Shown: positions 9,473 to 23,000 of the stretch, piece by piece
How the letters are laid out: every line of letters starts with the position of its first letter
Position numbering within the stretch: position 1 is the first letter of the stretch
NCBI GenBank assembly: GCA_964057225.1
Contig: OZ059899.1
Coordinates: 1,798,001 to 1,862,000, forward strand
Length of the DNA: 64,000 nt
DNA from: Auanema rhodensis
Taxonomy: Eukaryota > Animalia > Nematoda
Reading direction: 5' to 3'
Made by a program: the position numbers and the translations under genes
Notes under the pieces: model-generated
Databases searched by the model: none
What the model saw: only the letters and a program-made list of their open reading frames with translations
What the model was told of the DNA's origin: nothing

Positions 9473-12400
9473 TCCAAAAACATTTTGACAAAAATTTTTT
9501 CGAAAAATTTCAAAATAATTTAGCAAAAAGTAGATGTTCATAGATTCCTTTTTTCAAGGCAAAGACGATAGACAATGTTATTCAACGAAAAAATTAATTC
9601 TTCAGGGTGAAAATCGAGGATATAAGTGTGAACTTATATCAGTTGATATCTCGGTGCATTTTTAAGCTAGCGCAAATCTGATAACACAGATCGACGCAGC
9701 TTAAAAATCCGCATCGAATGCACTATACTAAATTGAGAAACGCTTGATACAAAAATTAGTTATGATCGTTTGAAAAATGATGCATTAGTGTATGTTGAGT
9801 TTCCATGTACACTCAACATTGCTTCCAAAAACATTTTGACAAAAATTTTTTCGAAAAATTTCAAAATAATTTAGCAAAAAGTAGATGTTTTTAGATTCCT
9901 TTTTTCAAGGCAAAGACGATGGACAATGTTATTCAACGAAAAAATTATTTCTTCAGGGTGAAAATCGAGGATATAAGTGTGAACTTATATCAGTTGATAT
10001 CTCGGTGCATTTTTAAGCTAGCGCAAATCTGATAACACAGATCGACGCAGCTTAAAAATCCGCATCGAATGCACTATACTACATTGAAAAACGCTTGATA
10101 CAAAAATTAGTTATGATCGTTTGAAAAATGATGCATTAGTGTATGTTGAGTTTCCATGTACACTCAACATTGCTTCCAAAAACATTTTGACAAAAATTTT
10201 TTCGAAAAATTTCAAAATAATTTAGCAAAAAGTAGATGTTCATAGATTCCTTTTTTCAAGGCAAAGACGATAGACAATGTTATTCAACGAAAAAATTAAT
10301 TCTTCAGGGTGAAAATCGAGGATATAAGTGTGAACTTATATCAGTTGATATCTCGGTGCATTTTTAAGCTAGCGCAAATCTGATAACACAGATCGACGCA
10401 GCTTAAAAATCCGCATCGAATGCACTATACTAAATTGAGAAACGCTTGATACAAAAATTAGTTATGATCGTTTGAAAAATGATGCATTAGTGTATGTTGA
10501 GTTTCCATGTACACTCAACATTGCTTCCAAAAACATTTTGACAAAAATTTTTTCGAAAAATTTCAAAATAATTTAGCAAAAAGTAGATGTTTTAGATTCC
10601 ATTTTTCAAAGCAAAGACGATGGACAATGTTATTCAACGAAAAAATTAATTCTTCAGGGTGAAAATCGAGGATATAAGTGTGAACTTATATCAGTTGATA
10701 TCTCGGTGCATTTTTAAGCTAGCGCAAATCTGATAACACAGATCGACGCAGCTTAAAAATCCGCATCGAATGCACTATACTACATTGAGAAACGCTTGAT
10801 ACAAAAATTAGTTATGATCGTTTGAAAAATGATGCATTAGTGTATGTTGAGTTTCCATGTACACTCAACATTGCTTCCAAAAACATTTTGACAAAAATTT
10901 TTTCGAAAAATTTCAAAATAATTTAGCAAAAAGTAGATGTTCATAGATTCCTTTTTTCAAGGCAAAGACGATAGACAATGTTATTCAACGAAAAAATTAA
11001 TTCTTCAGGGTGAAAATCGAGGATATAAGTGTGAACTTATATCAGTTGATATCTCGGTGCATTTTTAAGCTAGCGCAAATCTGATAACACAGATCGACGC
11101 AGCTTAAAAATCCGCATCGAATGCACTATACTAAATTGAGAAACGCTTGATACAAAAATTAGTTATGATCGTTTGAAAAATGATGCATTAGTGTATGTTG
11201 AGTTTCCATGTACACTCAACATTGCTTCCAAAAACATTTTGACAAAAATTTTTTCGAAAAATTTCAAAAAAATTTAGCAAAAAGTAGATGTTTTTAGATT
11301 CCTTTTTTCAAGGCAAAGACGATGGACAATGTTATTCAACGAAAAAATTATTTCTTCAGGGTGAAAATCGAGGATATAAGTGTGAACTTATATCAGTTGA
11401 TATCTCGGTGCATTTTTAAGCTAGCGCAAATCTGATAACACAGATCGACGCAGCTTAAAAATCCGCATCGAATGCACTATACTACATTGAGAAACGCTTG
11501 ATACAAAAATTAGTTATGATCGTTTGAAAAATGATGCATTAGTGTATGTTGAGTTTCCATGTACACTCAACATTGCTTCCAAAAACATTTTGACAAAAAT
11601 TTTTTCGAAAAATTTCAAAATAATTTAGCAAAAAGTAGATGTTCATAGATTCCTTTTTTCAAGGCAAAGACGATAGACAATGTTATTCAACGAAAAAATT
11701 AATTCTTCAGGGTGAAAATCGAGGATATAAGTGTGAACTTATATCAGTTGATATCTCGGTGCATTTTTAAGCTAGCGCAAATCTGATAACACAGATCGAC
11801 GCAGCTTAAAAATCCGCATCGAATGCACTATACTAAATTGAGAAACGCTTGATACAAAAATTAGTTATGATCGTTTGAAAAATGATGCATTAGTGTATGT
11901 TGAGTTTCCATGTACACTCAACATTGCTTCCAAAAACATTTTGACAAAAATTTTTTCGAAAAATTTCAAAATAATTTAGCAAAAAGTAGATGTTCATAGA
12001 TTCCTTTTTTCAAGGCAAAGACGATAGACAATGTTATTCAACGAAAAAATTAATTCTTCAGGGTGAAAATCGAGGATATAAGTGTGAACTTATATCAGTT
12101 GATATCTCGGTGCATTTTCAAGCTAGCGCAAATCTGATAACACAGATCGACGCAGCTTAAAAATCCGCATCGAATGCACTATACTAAATTGAGAAACGCT
12201 TGATACAAAAATTAGTTATGATCGTTTGAAAAATGATGCATTAGTGTATGTTGAGTTTCCATGTACACTCAACATTGCTTCCAAAAACATTTTGACAAAA
12301 ATTTTTTCGAAAAATTTCGAAATAATTTAGCAAAAAGTAGATGTTTTTAGATTTCATTTTTCAAGGCAAAGACGATGGACAATGTTATTCAACGAAAAAA

Positions 12401-15400
12401 TTAATTCTTCAGGGTGAAAATCGAGGATATAAGTGTGAACTTATATCAGTTGATATCTCGGTGCATTTTTAAGCTAGCGCAAATCTGATAACACAGATCG
12501 ACGCAGCTTAAAAATCCGCATCGAATGCACTATACTAAATTGAGAAACGCTTGATACGAAAATTAGTTATGATCGTTTGAAAAATGATGCATTAGTGTAT
12601 GTTGAGTTTCCATGTACACTCAACATTGCTTCCAAAAACATTTTGACAAAAATTTTTTCGAAAAATTTCAAAATAATTTAGCAAAAAGTAGATGTTTTTA
12701 GATTCCTTTTTTCAAGGCAAAGACGATGGACAATGTTATTCAACGAAAAAATTATTTCTTCAGGGTGAAAATCGAGGATATAAGTGTGAACTTATATCAG
12801 TTGATATCTCGGTGCATTTTTCAGCTAACGCAAATCTGATAACACAGATCGACGCAGCTTAAAAATCCGCATCGAATGCACTATACTACATTGAGAAACG
12901 CTTGATACAAAAATTAGTTATGATCGTTTGAAAAATGATGCATTAGTGTATGTTGAGTTTCCATGTACACTCAACATTGCTTCCAAAAACATTTTGACAA
13001 AAATTTTTTCGAAAAATTTCAAAATAATTTAGCAAAAAGTAGATGTTTTTAGATTCCTTTTTTCAAGGCAAAGACGATGGACAATGTTATTCAACGAAAA
13101 AAATTATTTCTTCAGGGTGAAAATCGAGGATATAAGTGTGAACTTATATCAGTTGATATCTCGGTGCATTTTTAAGCTAGCGCAAATCTGATAACACAGA
13201 TCGACGCAGCTTGAAAATCCGCATCGAATGCACTATACTACATTGAGAAACGCTTGATACAAAAATTAGTTATGATCGTTTGAAAAATGATGCATTAGTG
13301 TATGTTGAGTTTCCATGTACACTCAACATTGCTTCCAAAAACATTTTGACAAAAATTTTTTCGAAAAATTTCAAAATAATTTAGCAAAAAGTAGATGTTT
13401 TTAAATTCCTTTTTTTAAGGCAAAGACGATGGACAATGTTATTCAACGAAAAAATTATTTCTTCAGGGTGAAAATCGAGGATATAAGTGTGAACTTATAT
13501 CAGTTGATATCTCGGTGCATTTTTAAGCTAGCGCAAATCTGATAACACAGATCGACGCAGCTTAAAAATCCGCATCGAATGCACTATACTACATTGAGAA
13601 ACGCTTGATACAAAAATTAGTCATGATCGTTTGAAAAATGATGCATTAGTGTATGTTGAGTTTCCATGTACACTCAATATTGCTTCCAAAAACATTTTGA
13701 CAAAATTTTTTTCAAAAAATTTCAAAATAATTTAGCAAAAAGTAGATGTTTTTAGATTCCTTTTTTCAAGGCAAAGACGATGGACAATGTTATTCAACGA
13801 AAAAAATTATTTCTTCAGGGTGAAAATCGAGGATATAAGTGTGAACTTATATCAGTTGATATCTCGGTGCATTTTTAAGCTAGCGCAAATCTGATAACAC
13901 AGATCGACGCAGCTTGAAAATCCGCATCGAATGCACTATACTACATTGAGAAACGCTTGATACAAAAATTAGTTATGATCGTTTGAAAAATGATGCATTA
14001 GTGTATGTTGAGTTTCCATGTACACTCAACATTGCTTCCAAAAACATTTTGACAAAAATTTTTTCGAAAAATTTCAAAATAATTTAGCAAAAAGTAGATG
14101 TTTTTAAATTCCTTTTTTTAAGGCAAAGACGATGGACAATGTTATTCAACGAAAAAATTATTTCTTCAGGGTGAAAATCGAGGATATAAGTGTGAACTTA
14201 TATCAGTTGATATCTCGGTGCATTTTTAAGCTAGCGCAAATCTGATAACACAGATCGACGCAGCTTAAAAATCCGCATCGAATGCACTATACTACATTGA
14301 GAAACGCTTGATACAAAAATTAGTCATGATCGTTTGAAAAATGATGCATTAGTGTATGTTGAGTTTCCATGTACACTCAATATTGCTTCCAAAAACATTT
14401 TGACAAAATTTTTTTCAAAAAATTTCAAAATAATTTAGCAAAAAGTAGATGTTTTTAGATTCCTTTTTTCAAGGCAAAGACGATGGACAATGTTATTCAA
14501 CGAAAAAAATTATTTCTTCAGGGTGAAAATCGAGGATATAAGTGTGAACTTATATCAGTTGATATCTCGGTGCATTTTTAAGCTAGCGCAAATCTGATAA
14601 CACAGATCGACGCAGCTTAAAAATCCGCATCGAATGCACTATACTACATTGTGAAACGCTTAATACAAAAATTAGTTATGATCGTTTGAAAAATGATGCA
14701 TTAGTGTATGTTGAGTTTCCATGTACACTCAACATTGCTTCCAAAAACATTTTGACAAAAATTTTTTCGAAAAATTTCAAAATAATTTAGCAAAAAGTAG
14801 ATGTTCATAGATTCCTTTTTTCAAGGCAAAGACGATAGACAATGTTATTCAACGAAAAAATTAATTCTTCAGGGTGAAAATCGAGGATATAAGTGTGAAC
14901 TTATATCAGTTGATATCTCGGTGCATTTTTAAGCTAGCGCAAATCTGATAACACAGATCGACGCAGCTTAAAAATCCGCATCGAATGCACTATACTAAAT
15001 TGAGAAACGCTTGATACAAAAATTAGTTATGATCGTTTGAAAAATGATGCATTAGTGTATGTTGAGTTTCCATGTACACTCAACATTGCTTCCAAAAACA
15101 TTTTGACAAAAATTTTTTCGAAAAATTTCAAAATAATTTAGCAAAAAGTAGATGTTTTTAGATTCCTTTTTTCAAGGCAAAGACGATGGACAATGTTATT
15201 CAACGAAAAAATTATTTCTTCAGGGTGAAAATCGAGGATATAAGTGTGAACTTATATCAGTTGATATCTCGGTGCATTTTTAAGCTAGCGCAAATCTGAT
15301 AACACAGATCGACGCAGCTTAAAAATCCGCATCGAATGCACTATACTACATTGAAAAACGCTTGATACAAAAATTAGTTATGATCGTTTGAAAAATGATG

Positions 15401-18400
15401 CATTAGTGTATGTTGAGTTTCCATGTACACTCAACATTGCTTCCAAAAACATTTTGACAAAAATTTTTTCGAAAAATTTCAAAATAATTTAGCAAAAAGT
15501 AGATGTTCATAGATTCCTTTTTTCAAGGCAAAGACGATAGACAATGTTATTCAACGAAAAAATTAATTCTTCAGGGTGAAAATCGAGGATATAAGTGTGA
15601 ACTTATATCAGTTGATATCTCGGTGCATTTTTAAGCTAGCGCAAATCTGATAACACAGATCGACGCAGCTTAAAAATCCGCATCGAATGCACTATACTAA
15701 ATTGAGAAACGCTTGATACAAAAATTAGTTATGATCGTTTGAAAAATGATGCATTAGTGTATGTTGAGTTTCCATGTACACTCAACATTGCTTCCAAAAA
15801 CATTTTGACAAAAATTTTTTCGAAAAATTTCAAAATAATTTAGCAAAAAGTAGATGTTTTAGATTCCATTTTTCAAAGCAAAGACGATGGACAATGTTAT
15901 TCAACGAAAAAATTAATTCTTCAGGGTGAAAATCGAGGATATAAGTGTGAACTTATATCAGTTGATATCTCGGTGCATTTTTAAGCTAGCGCAAATCTGA
16001 TAACACAGATCGACGCAGCTTAAAAATCCGCATCGAATGCACTATACTACATTGAGAAACGCTTGATACAAAAATTAGTTATGATCGTTTGAAAAATGAT
16101 GCATTAGTGTATGTTGAGTTTCCATGTACACTCAACATTGCTTCCAAAAACATTTTGACAAAAATTTTTTCGAAAAATTTCAAAATAATTTAGCAAAAAG
16201 TAGATGTTCATAGATTCCTTTTTTCAAGGCAAAGACGATAGACAATGTTATTCAACGAAAAAATTAATTCTTCAGGGTGAAAATCGAGGATATAAGTGTG
16301 AACTTATATCAGTTGATATCTCGGTGCATTTTTAAGCTAGCGCAAATCTGATAACACAGATCGACGCAGCTTAAAAATCCGCATCGAATGCACTATACTA
16401 AATTGAGAAACGCTTGATACAAAAATTAGTTATGATCGTTTGAAAAATGATGCATTAGTGTATGTTGAGTTTCCATGTACACTCAACATTGCTTCCAAAA
16501 ACATTTTGACAAAAATTTTTTCGAAAAATTTCAAAATAATTTAGCAAAAAGTAGATGTTTTTAGATTCCTTTTTTCAAGGCAAAGACGATGGACAATGTT
16601 ATTCAACGAAAAAATTATTTCTTCAGGGTGAAAATCGAGGATATAAGTGTGAACTTATATCAGTTGATATCTCGGTGCATTTTTAAGCTAGCGCAAATCT
16701 GATAACACAGATCGACGCAGCTTAAAAATCCGCATCGAATGCACTATACTACATTGAGAAACGCTTGATACAAAAATTAGTTATGATCGTTTGAAAAATG
16801 ATGCATTAGTGTATGTTGAGTTTCCATGTACACTCAACATTGCTTCCAAAAACATTTTGACAAAAATTTTTTCGAAAAATTTCAAAATAATTTAGCAAAA
16901 AGTAGATGTTCATAGATTCCTTTTTTCAAGGCAAAGACGATAGACAATGTTATTCAACGAAAAAATTAATTCTTCAGGGTGAAAATCGAGGATATAAGTG
17001 TGAACTTATATCAGTTGATATCTCGGTGCATTTTTAAGCTAGCGCAAATCTGATAACACAGATCGACGCAGCTTAAAAATCCGCATCGAATGCACTATAC
17101 TAAATTGAGAAACGCTTGATACAAAAATTAGTTATGATCGTTTGAAAAATGATGCATTAGTGTATGTTGAGTTTCCATGTACACTCAACATTGCTTCCAA
17201 AAACATTTTGACAAAAATTTTTTCGAAAAATTTCAAAATAATTTAGCAAAAAGTAGATGTTCATAGATTCCTTTTTTCAAGGCAAAGACGATAGACAATG
17301 TTATTCAACGAAAAAATTAATTCTTCAGGGTGAAAATCGAGGATATAAGTGTGAACTTATATCAGTTGATATCTCGGTGCATTTTCAAGCTAGCGCAAAT
17401 CTGATAACACAGATCGACGCAGCTTAAAAATCCGCATCGAATGCACTATACTAAATTGAGAAACGCTTGATACAAAAATTAGTTATGATCGTTTGAAAAA
17501 TGATGCATTAGTGTATGTTGAGTTTCCATGTACACTCAACATTGCTTCCAAAAACATTTTGACAAAAATTTTTTCGAAAAATTTCGAAATAATTTAGCAA
17601 AAAGTAGATGTTTTTAGATTTCATTTTTCAAGGCAAAGACGATGGACAATGTTATTCAACGAAAAAATTAATTCTTCAGGGTGAAAATCGAGGATATAAG
17701 TGTGAACTTATATCAGTTGATATCTCGGTGCATTTTTAAGCTAGCGCAAATCTGATAACACAGATCGACGCAGCTTAAAAATCCGCATCGAATGCACTAT
17801 ACTAAATTGAGAAACGCTTGATACGAAAATTAGTTATGATCGTTTGAAAAATGATGCATTAGTGTATGTTGAGTTTCCATGTACACTCAACATTGCTTCC
17901 AAAAACATTTTGACAAAAATTTTTTCGAAAAATTTCAAAATAATTTAGCAAAAAGTAGATGTTTTTAGATTCCTTTTTTCAAGGCAAAGACGATGGACAA
18001 TGTTATTCAACGAAAAAATTATTTCTTCAGGGTGAAAATCGAGGATATAAGTGTGAACTTATATCAGTTGATATCTCGGTGCATTTTTCAGCTAACGCAA
18101 ATCTGATAACACAGATCGACGCAGCTTAAAAATCCGCATCGAATGCACTATACTACATTGAGAAGCGCTTGATACAAAAATTAGTTATGATCGTTTGAAA
18201 AATGATGCATTAGTGTATGTTGAGTTTCCATGTACACTCAACATTGCTTCCAAAAACATTTTGACAAAAATTTTTTCGAAAAATTTCAAAATAATTTAGC
18301 AAAAAGTAGATGTTTTTAGATTCCATTTTTCAAGGCAAAGACGATGGACAATGTTATTCAACGAAAAAATTAATTCTTCAGGGTGAAAATCGAGGATATA

Positions 18401-20004
18401 AGTGTGAACTTATATCAGTTGATATCTCGGTGCATTTTTAAGCTAGCGCAAATCTGATAACACAGATCGACGCAGCTTGAAAATCCGCATCGAATGCACT
18501 ATACTACATTGAGAAACGCTTGATACAAAAATTAGTTATGATCGTTTGAAAAATGATGCATTAGTGTATGTTGAGTTTCCATGTACACTCAACATTGCTT
18601 CCAAAAACATTTTGACAAAAGTTTTTCGAAAAATTTCAAAATAATTTAGCAAAAAGTAGATGTTTTTAAATTCCTTTTTTTAAGGCAAAGACGATGGACA
18701 ATGTTATTCAACGAAAAAATTATTTCTTCAGGGTGAAAATCGAGGATATAAGTGTGAACTTATATCAGTTGATATCTCGGTGCATTTTTAAGCTAGCGCA
18801 AATCTGATAACACAGATCGACGCAGCTTAAAAATCCGCATCGAATGCACTATACTACATTGAGAAACGCTTGATACAAAAATTAGTCATGATCGTTTGAA
18901 AAATGATGCATTAGTGTATGTTGAGTTTCCATGTACACTCAATATTGCTTCCAAAAACATTTTGACAAAATTTTTTTCAAAAAATTTCAAAATAATTTAG
19001 CAAAAAGTAGATGTTTTTAGATTCCTTTTTTCAAGGCAAAGACGATGGACAATGTTATTCAACGAAAAAAATTATTTCTTCAGGGTGAAAATCGAGGATA
19101 TAAGTGTGAACTTATATCAGTTGATATCTCGGTGCATTTTTAAGCTAGCGCAAATCTGATAACACAGATCGACGCAGCTTGAAAATCCGCATCGAATGCA
19201 CTATACTACATTGAGAAACGCTTGATACAAAAATTAGTTATGATCGTTTGAAAAATGATGCATTAGTGTATGTTGAGTTTCCATGTACACTCAACATTGC
19301 TTCCAAAAACATTTTGACAAAAATTTTTTCGAAAAATTTCAAAATAATTTAGCAAAAAGTAGATGTTTTTAAATTCCTTTTTTTAAGGCAAAGACGATGG
19401 ACAATGTTATTCAACGAAAAAATTATTTCTTCAGGGTGAAAATCGAGGATATAAGTGTGAACTTATATCAGTTGATATCTCGGTGCATTTTTAAGCTAGC
19501 GCAAATCTGATAACACAGATCGACGCAGCTTAAAAATCCGCATCGAATGCACTATACTACATTGAGAAACGCTTGATACAAAAATTAGTCATGATCGTTT
19601 GAAAAATGATGCATTAGTGTATGTTGAGTTTCCATGTACACTCAATATTGCTTCCAAAAACATTTTGACAAAATTTTTTTCAAAAAATTTCAAAATAATT
19701 TAGCAAAAAGTAGATGTTTTTAGATTCCTTTTTTCAAGGCAAAGACGATGGACAATGTTATTCAACGAAAAAAATTATTTCTTCAGGGTGAAAATCGAGG
19801 ATATAAGTGTGAACTTATATCAGTTGATATCTCGGTGCATTTTTAAGCTAGCGCAAATCTGATAACACAGATCGACGCAGCTTAAAAATCCGCATCGAAT
19901 GCACTATACTACATTGTGAAACGCTTAATACAAAAATTAGTTATGATCGTTTGAAAAATGATGCATTAGTGTATGTTGAGTTTCCATGTACACTCAACAT
20001 TGCT
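9473..20004 (+). repeat. Higher-order repeat: 15-monomer unit (about 5.27 kb) x2
   Basis: Private variants recur at about 5265-5267 bp spacing: ttgaaaaacg (about 10087/15354), gatacgaa (about 12557/17824), ttgtgaaac (14652/19917). Confidence 0.88.
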
Positions 20005-23000
20005 TCCAAAAACATTTTGACAAAAATTTTTTCGAAAAATTTCAAAATAATTTAGCAAAAAGTAGATGTTTTTAGATTCCATTTTTCAAGGCAAAGACGA
20101 TGGACAATGTTATTCAACGAAAAAAATAATTCTTCAGGGTGAAAATCGAGGATATAAGTGTGAACTTATATCAGTTGATATCTCGGTGCATTTTTAAGCT
20201 AGCGCAAATCTGATAACACAGATCGACGCAGCTTAAAAATCCGCATCGAATGCACTATACTACATTGAGAAACGCTTGATACAAAAATTAGTCATGATCG
20301 TTTGAAAAATGATGCATTAGTGTATGTTGAGTTTCCATGTACACTCAATATTGCTTCCAAAAACATTTTGACAAAATTTTTTTCAAAAAATTTCAAAATA
20401 ATTTAGCAAAAAGTAGATGTTTTTAGATTCCTTTTTTCAAGGCAAAGACGATGGACAATGTTATTCAACGAAAAAAATTATTTCTTCAGGGTGAAAATCG
20501 AGGATATAAGTGTGAACTTATATCAGTTGATATCTCGGTGCATTTTTAAGCTAGCGCAAATCTGATAACACAGATCGACGCAGCTTGAAAATCCGCATCG
20601 AATGCACTATACTACATTGAGAAGCGCTTGATACAAAAATTAGTTATGATCGTTTGAAAAATGATGCATTAGTGTATGTTGAGTTTCCATGTACACTCAA
20701 CATTGCTTCCAAAAACATTTTGACAAAAATTTTTTCGAAAAATTTCAAAATAATTTAGCAAAAAGTAGATGTTTTTAGATTCCATTTTTCAAGGCAAAGA
20801 CGATGGACAATGTTATTCAACGAAAAAATTAATTCTTCAGGGTGAAAATCGAGGATATAAGTGTGAACTTATATCAGTTGATATCTCGGTGCATTTTTAA
20901 GCTAGCGCAAATCTGATAACACAGATCGACGCAGCTTGAAAATCCGCATCGAATGCACTATACTACATTGAGAAACGCTTGATACAAAAATTAGTTATGA
21001 TCGTTTGAAAAATGATGCATTAGTGTATGTTGAGTTTCCATGTACACTCAACATTGCTTCCAAAAACATTTTGACAAAAATTTTTTCGAAAAATTTCAAA
21101 ATAATTTAGCAAAAAGTAGATGTTTTTAAATTCCTTTTTTTAAGGCAAAGACGATGGACAATGTTATTCAACGAAAAAATTATTTCTTCAGGGTGAAAAT
21201 CGAGGATATAAGTGTGAACTTATATCAGTTGATATCTCGGTGCATTTTTAAGCTAGCGCAAATCTGATAACACAGATCGACGCAGCTTAAAAATCCGCAT
21301 CGAATGCACTATACTACATTGAGAAACGCTTGATACAAAAATTAGTCATGATCGTTTGAAAAATGATGCATTAGTGTATGTTGAGTTTCCATGTACACTC
21401 AATATTGCTTCCAAAAACATTTTGACAAAATTTTTTTCAAAAAATTTCAAAATAATTTAGCAAAAAGTAGATGTTTTTAGATTCCTTTTTTCAAGGCAAA
21501 GACGATGGACAATGTTATTCAACGAAAAAAATTATTTCTTCAGGGTGAAAATCGAGGATATAAGTGTGAACTTATATCAGTTGATATCTCGGTGCATTTT
21601 TAAGCTAGCGCAAATCTGATAACACAGATCGACGCAGCTTGAAAATCCGCATCGAATGCACTATACTACATTGAGAAACGCTTGATACAAAAATTAGTTA
21701 TGATCGTTTGAAAAATGATGCATTAGTGTATGTTGAGTTTCCATGTACACTCAACATTGCTTCCAAAAACATTTTGACAAAAATTTTTTCGAAAAATTTC
21801 AAAATAATTTAGCAAAAAGTAGATGTTTTTAAATTCCTTTTTTTAAGGCAAAGACGATGGACAATGTTATTCAACGAAAAAATTATTTCTTCAGGGTGAA
21901 AATCGAGGATATAAGTGTGAACTTATATCAGTTGATATCTCGGTGCATTTTTAAGCTAGCGCAAATCTGATAACACAGATCGACGCAGCTTAAAAATCCG
22001 CATCGAATGCACTATACTACATTGAGAAACGCTTGATACAAAAATTAGTCATGATCGTTTGAAAAATGATGCATTAGTGTATGTTGAGTTTCCATGTACA
22101 CTCAATATTGCTTCCAAAAACATTTTGACAAAATTTTTTTCAAAAAATTTCAAAATAATTTAGCAAAAAGTAGATGTTTTTAGATTCCTTTTTTCAAGGC
22201 AAAGACGATGGACAATGTTATTCAACGAAAAAAATTATTTCTTCAGGGTGAAAATCGAGGATATAAGTGTGAACTTATATCAGTTGATATCTCGGTGCAT
22301 TTTTAAGCTAGCGCAAATCTGATAACACAGATCGACGCAGCTTAAAAATCCGCATCGAATGCACTATACTACATTGTGAAACGCTTAATACAAAAATTAG
22401 TTATGATCGTTTGAAAAATGATGCATTAGTGTATGTTGAGTTTCCATGTACACTCAACATTGCTTCCAAAAACATTTTGACAAAAATTTTTTCGAAAAAT
22501 TTCAAAATAATTTAGCAAAAAGTAGATGTTTTTAGATTCCATTTTTCAAGGCAAAGACGATGGACAATGTTATTCAACGAAAAAAATAATTCTTCAGGGT
22601 GAAAATCGAGGATATAAGTGTGAACTTATATCAGTTGATATCTCGGTGCATTTTTAAGCTAGCGCAAATCTGATAACACAGATCGACGCAGCTTAAAAAT
22701 CCGCATCGAATGCACTATACTACATTGAGAAACGCTTGATACAAAAATTAGTCATGATCGTTTGAAAAATGATGCATTAGTGTATGTTGAGTTTCCATGT
22801 ACACTCAATATTGCTTCCAAAAACATTTTGACAAAATTTTTTTCAAAAAATTTCAAAATAATTTAGCAAAAAGTAGATGTTTTTAGATTCCTTTTTTCAA
22901 GGCAAAGACGATGGACAATGTTATTCAACGAAAAAAATTATTTCTTCAGGGTGAAAATCGAGGATATAAGTGTGAACTTATATCAGTTGATATCTCGGTG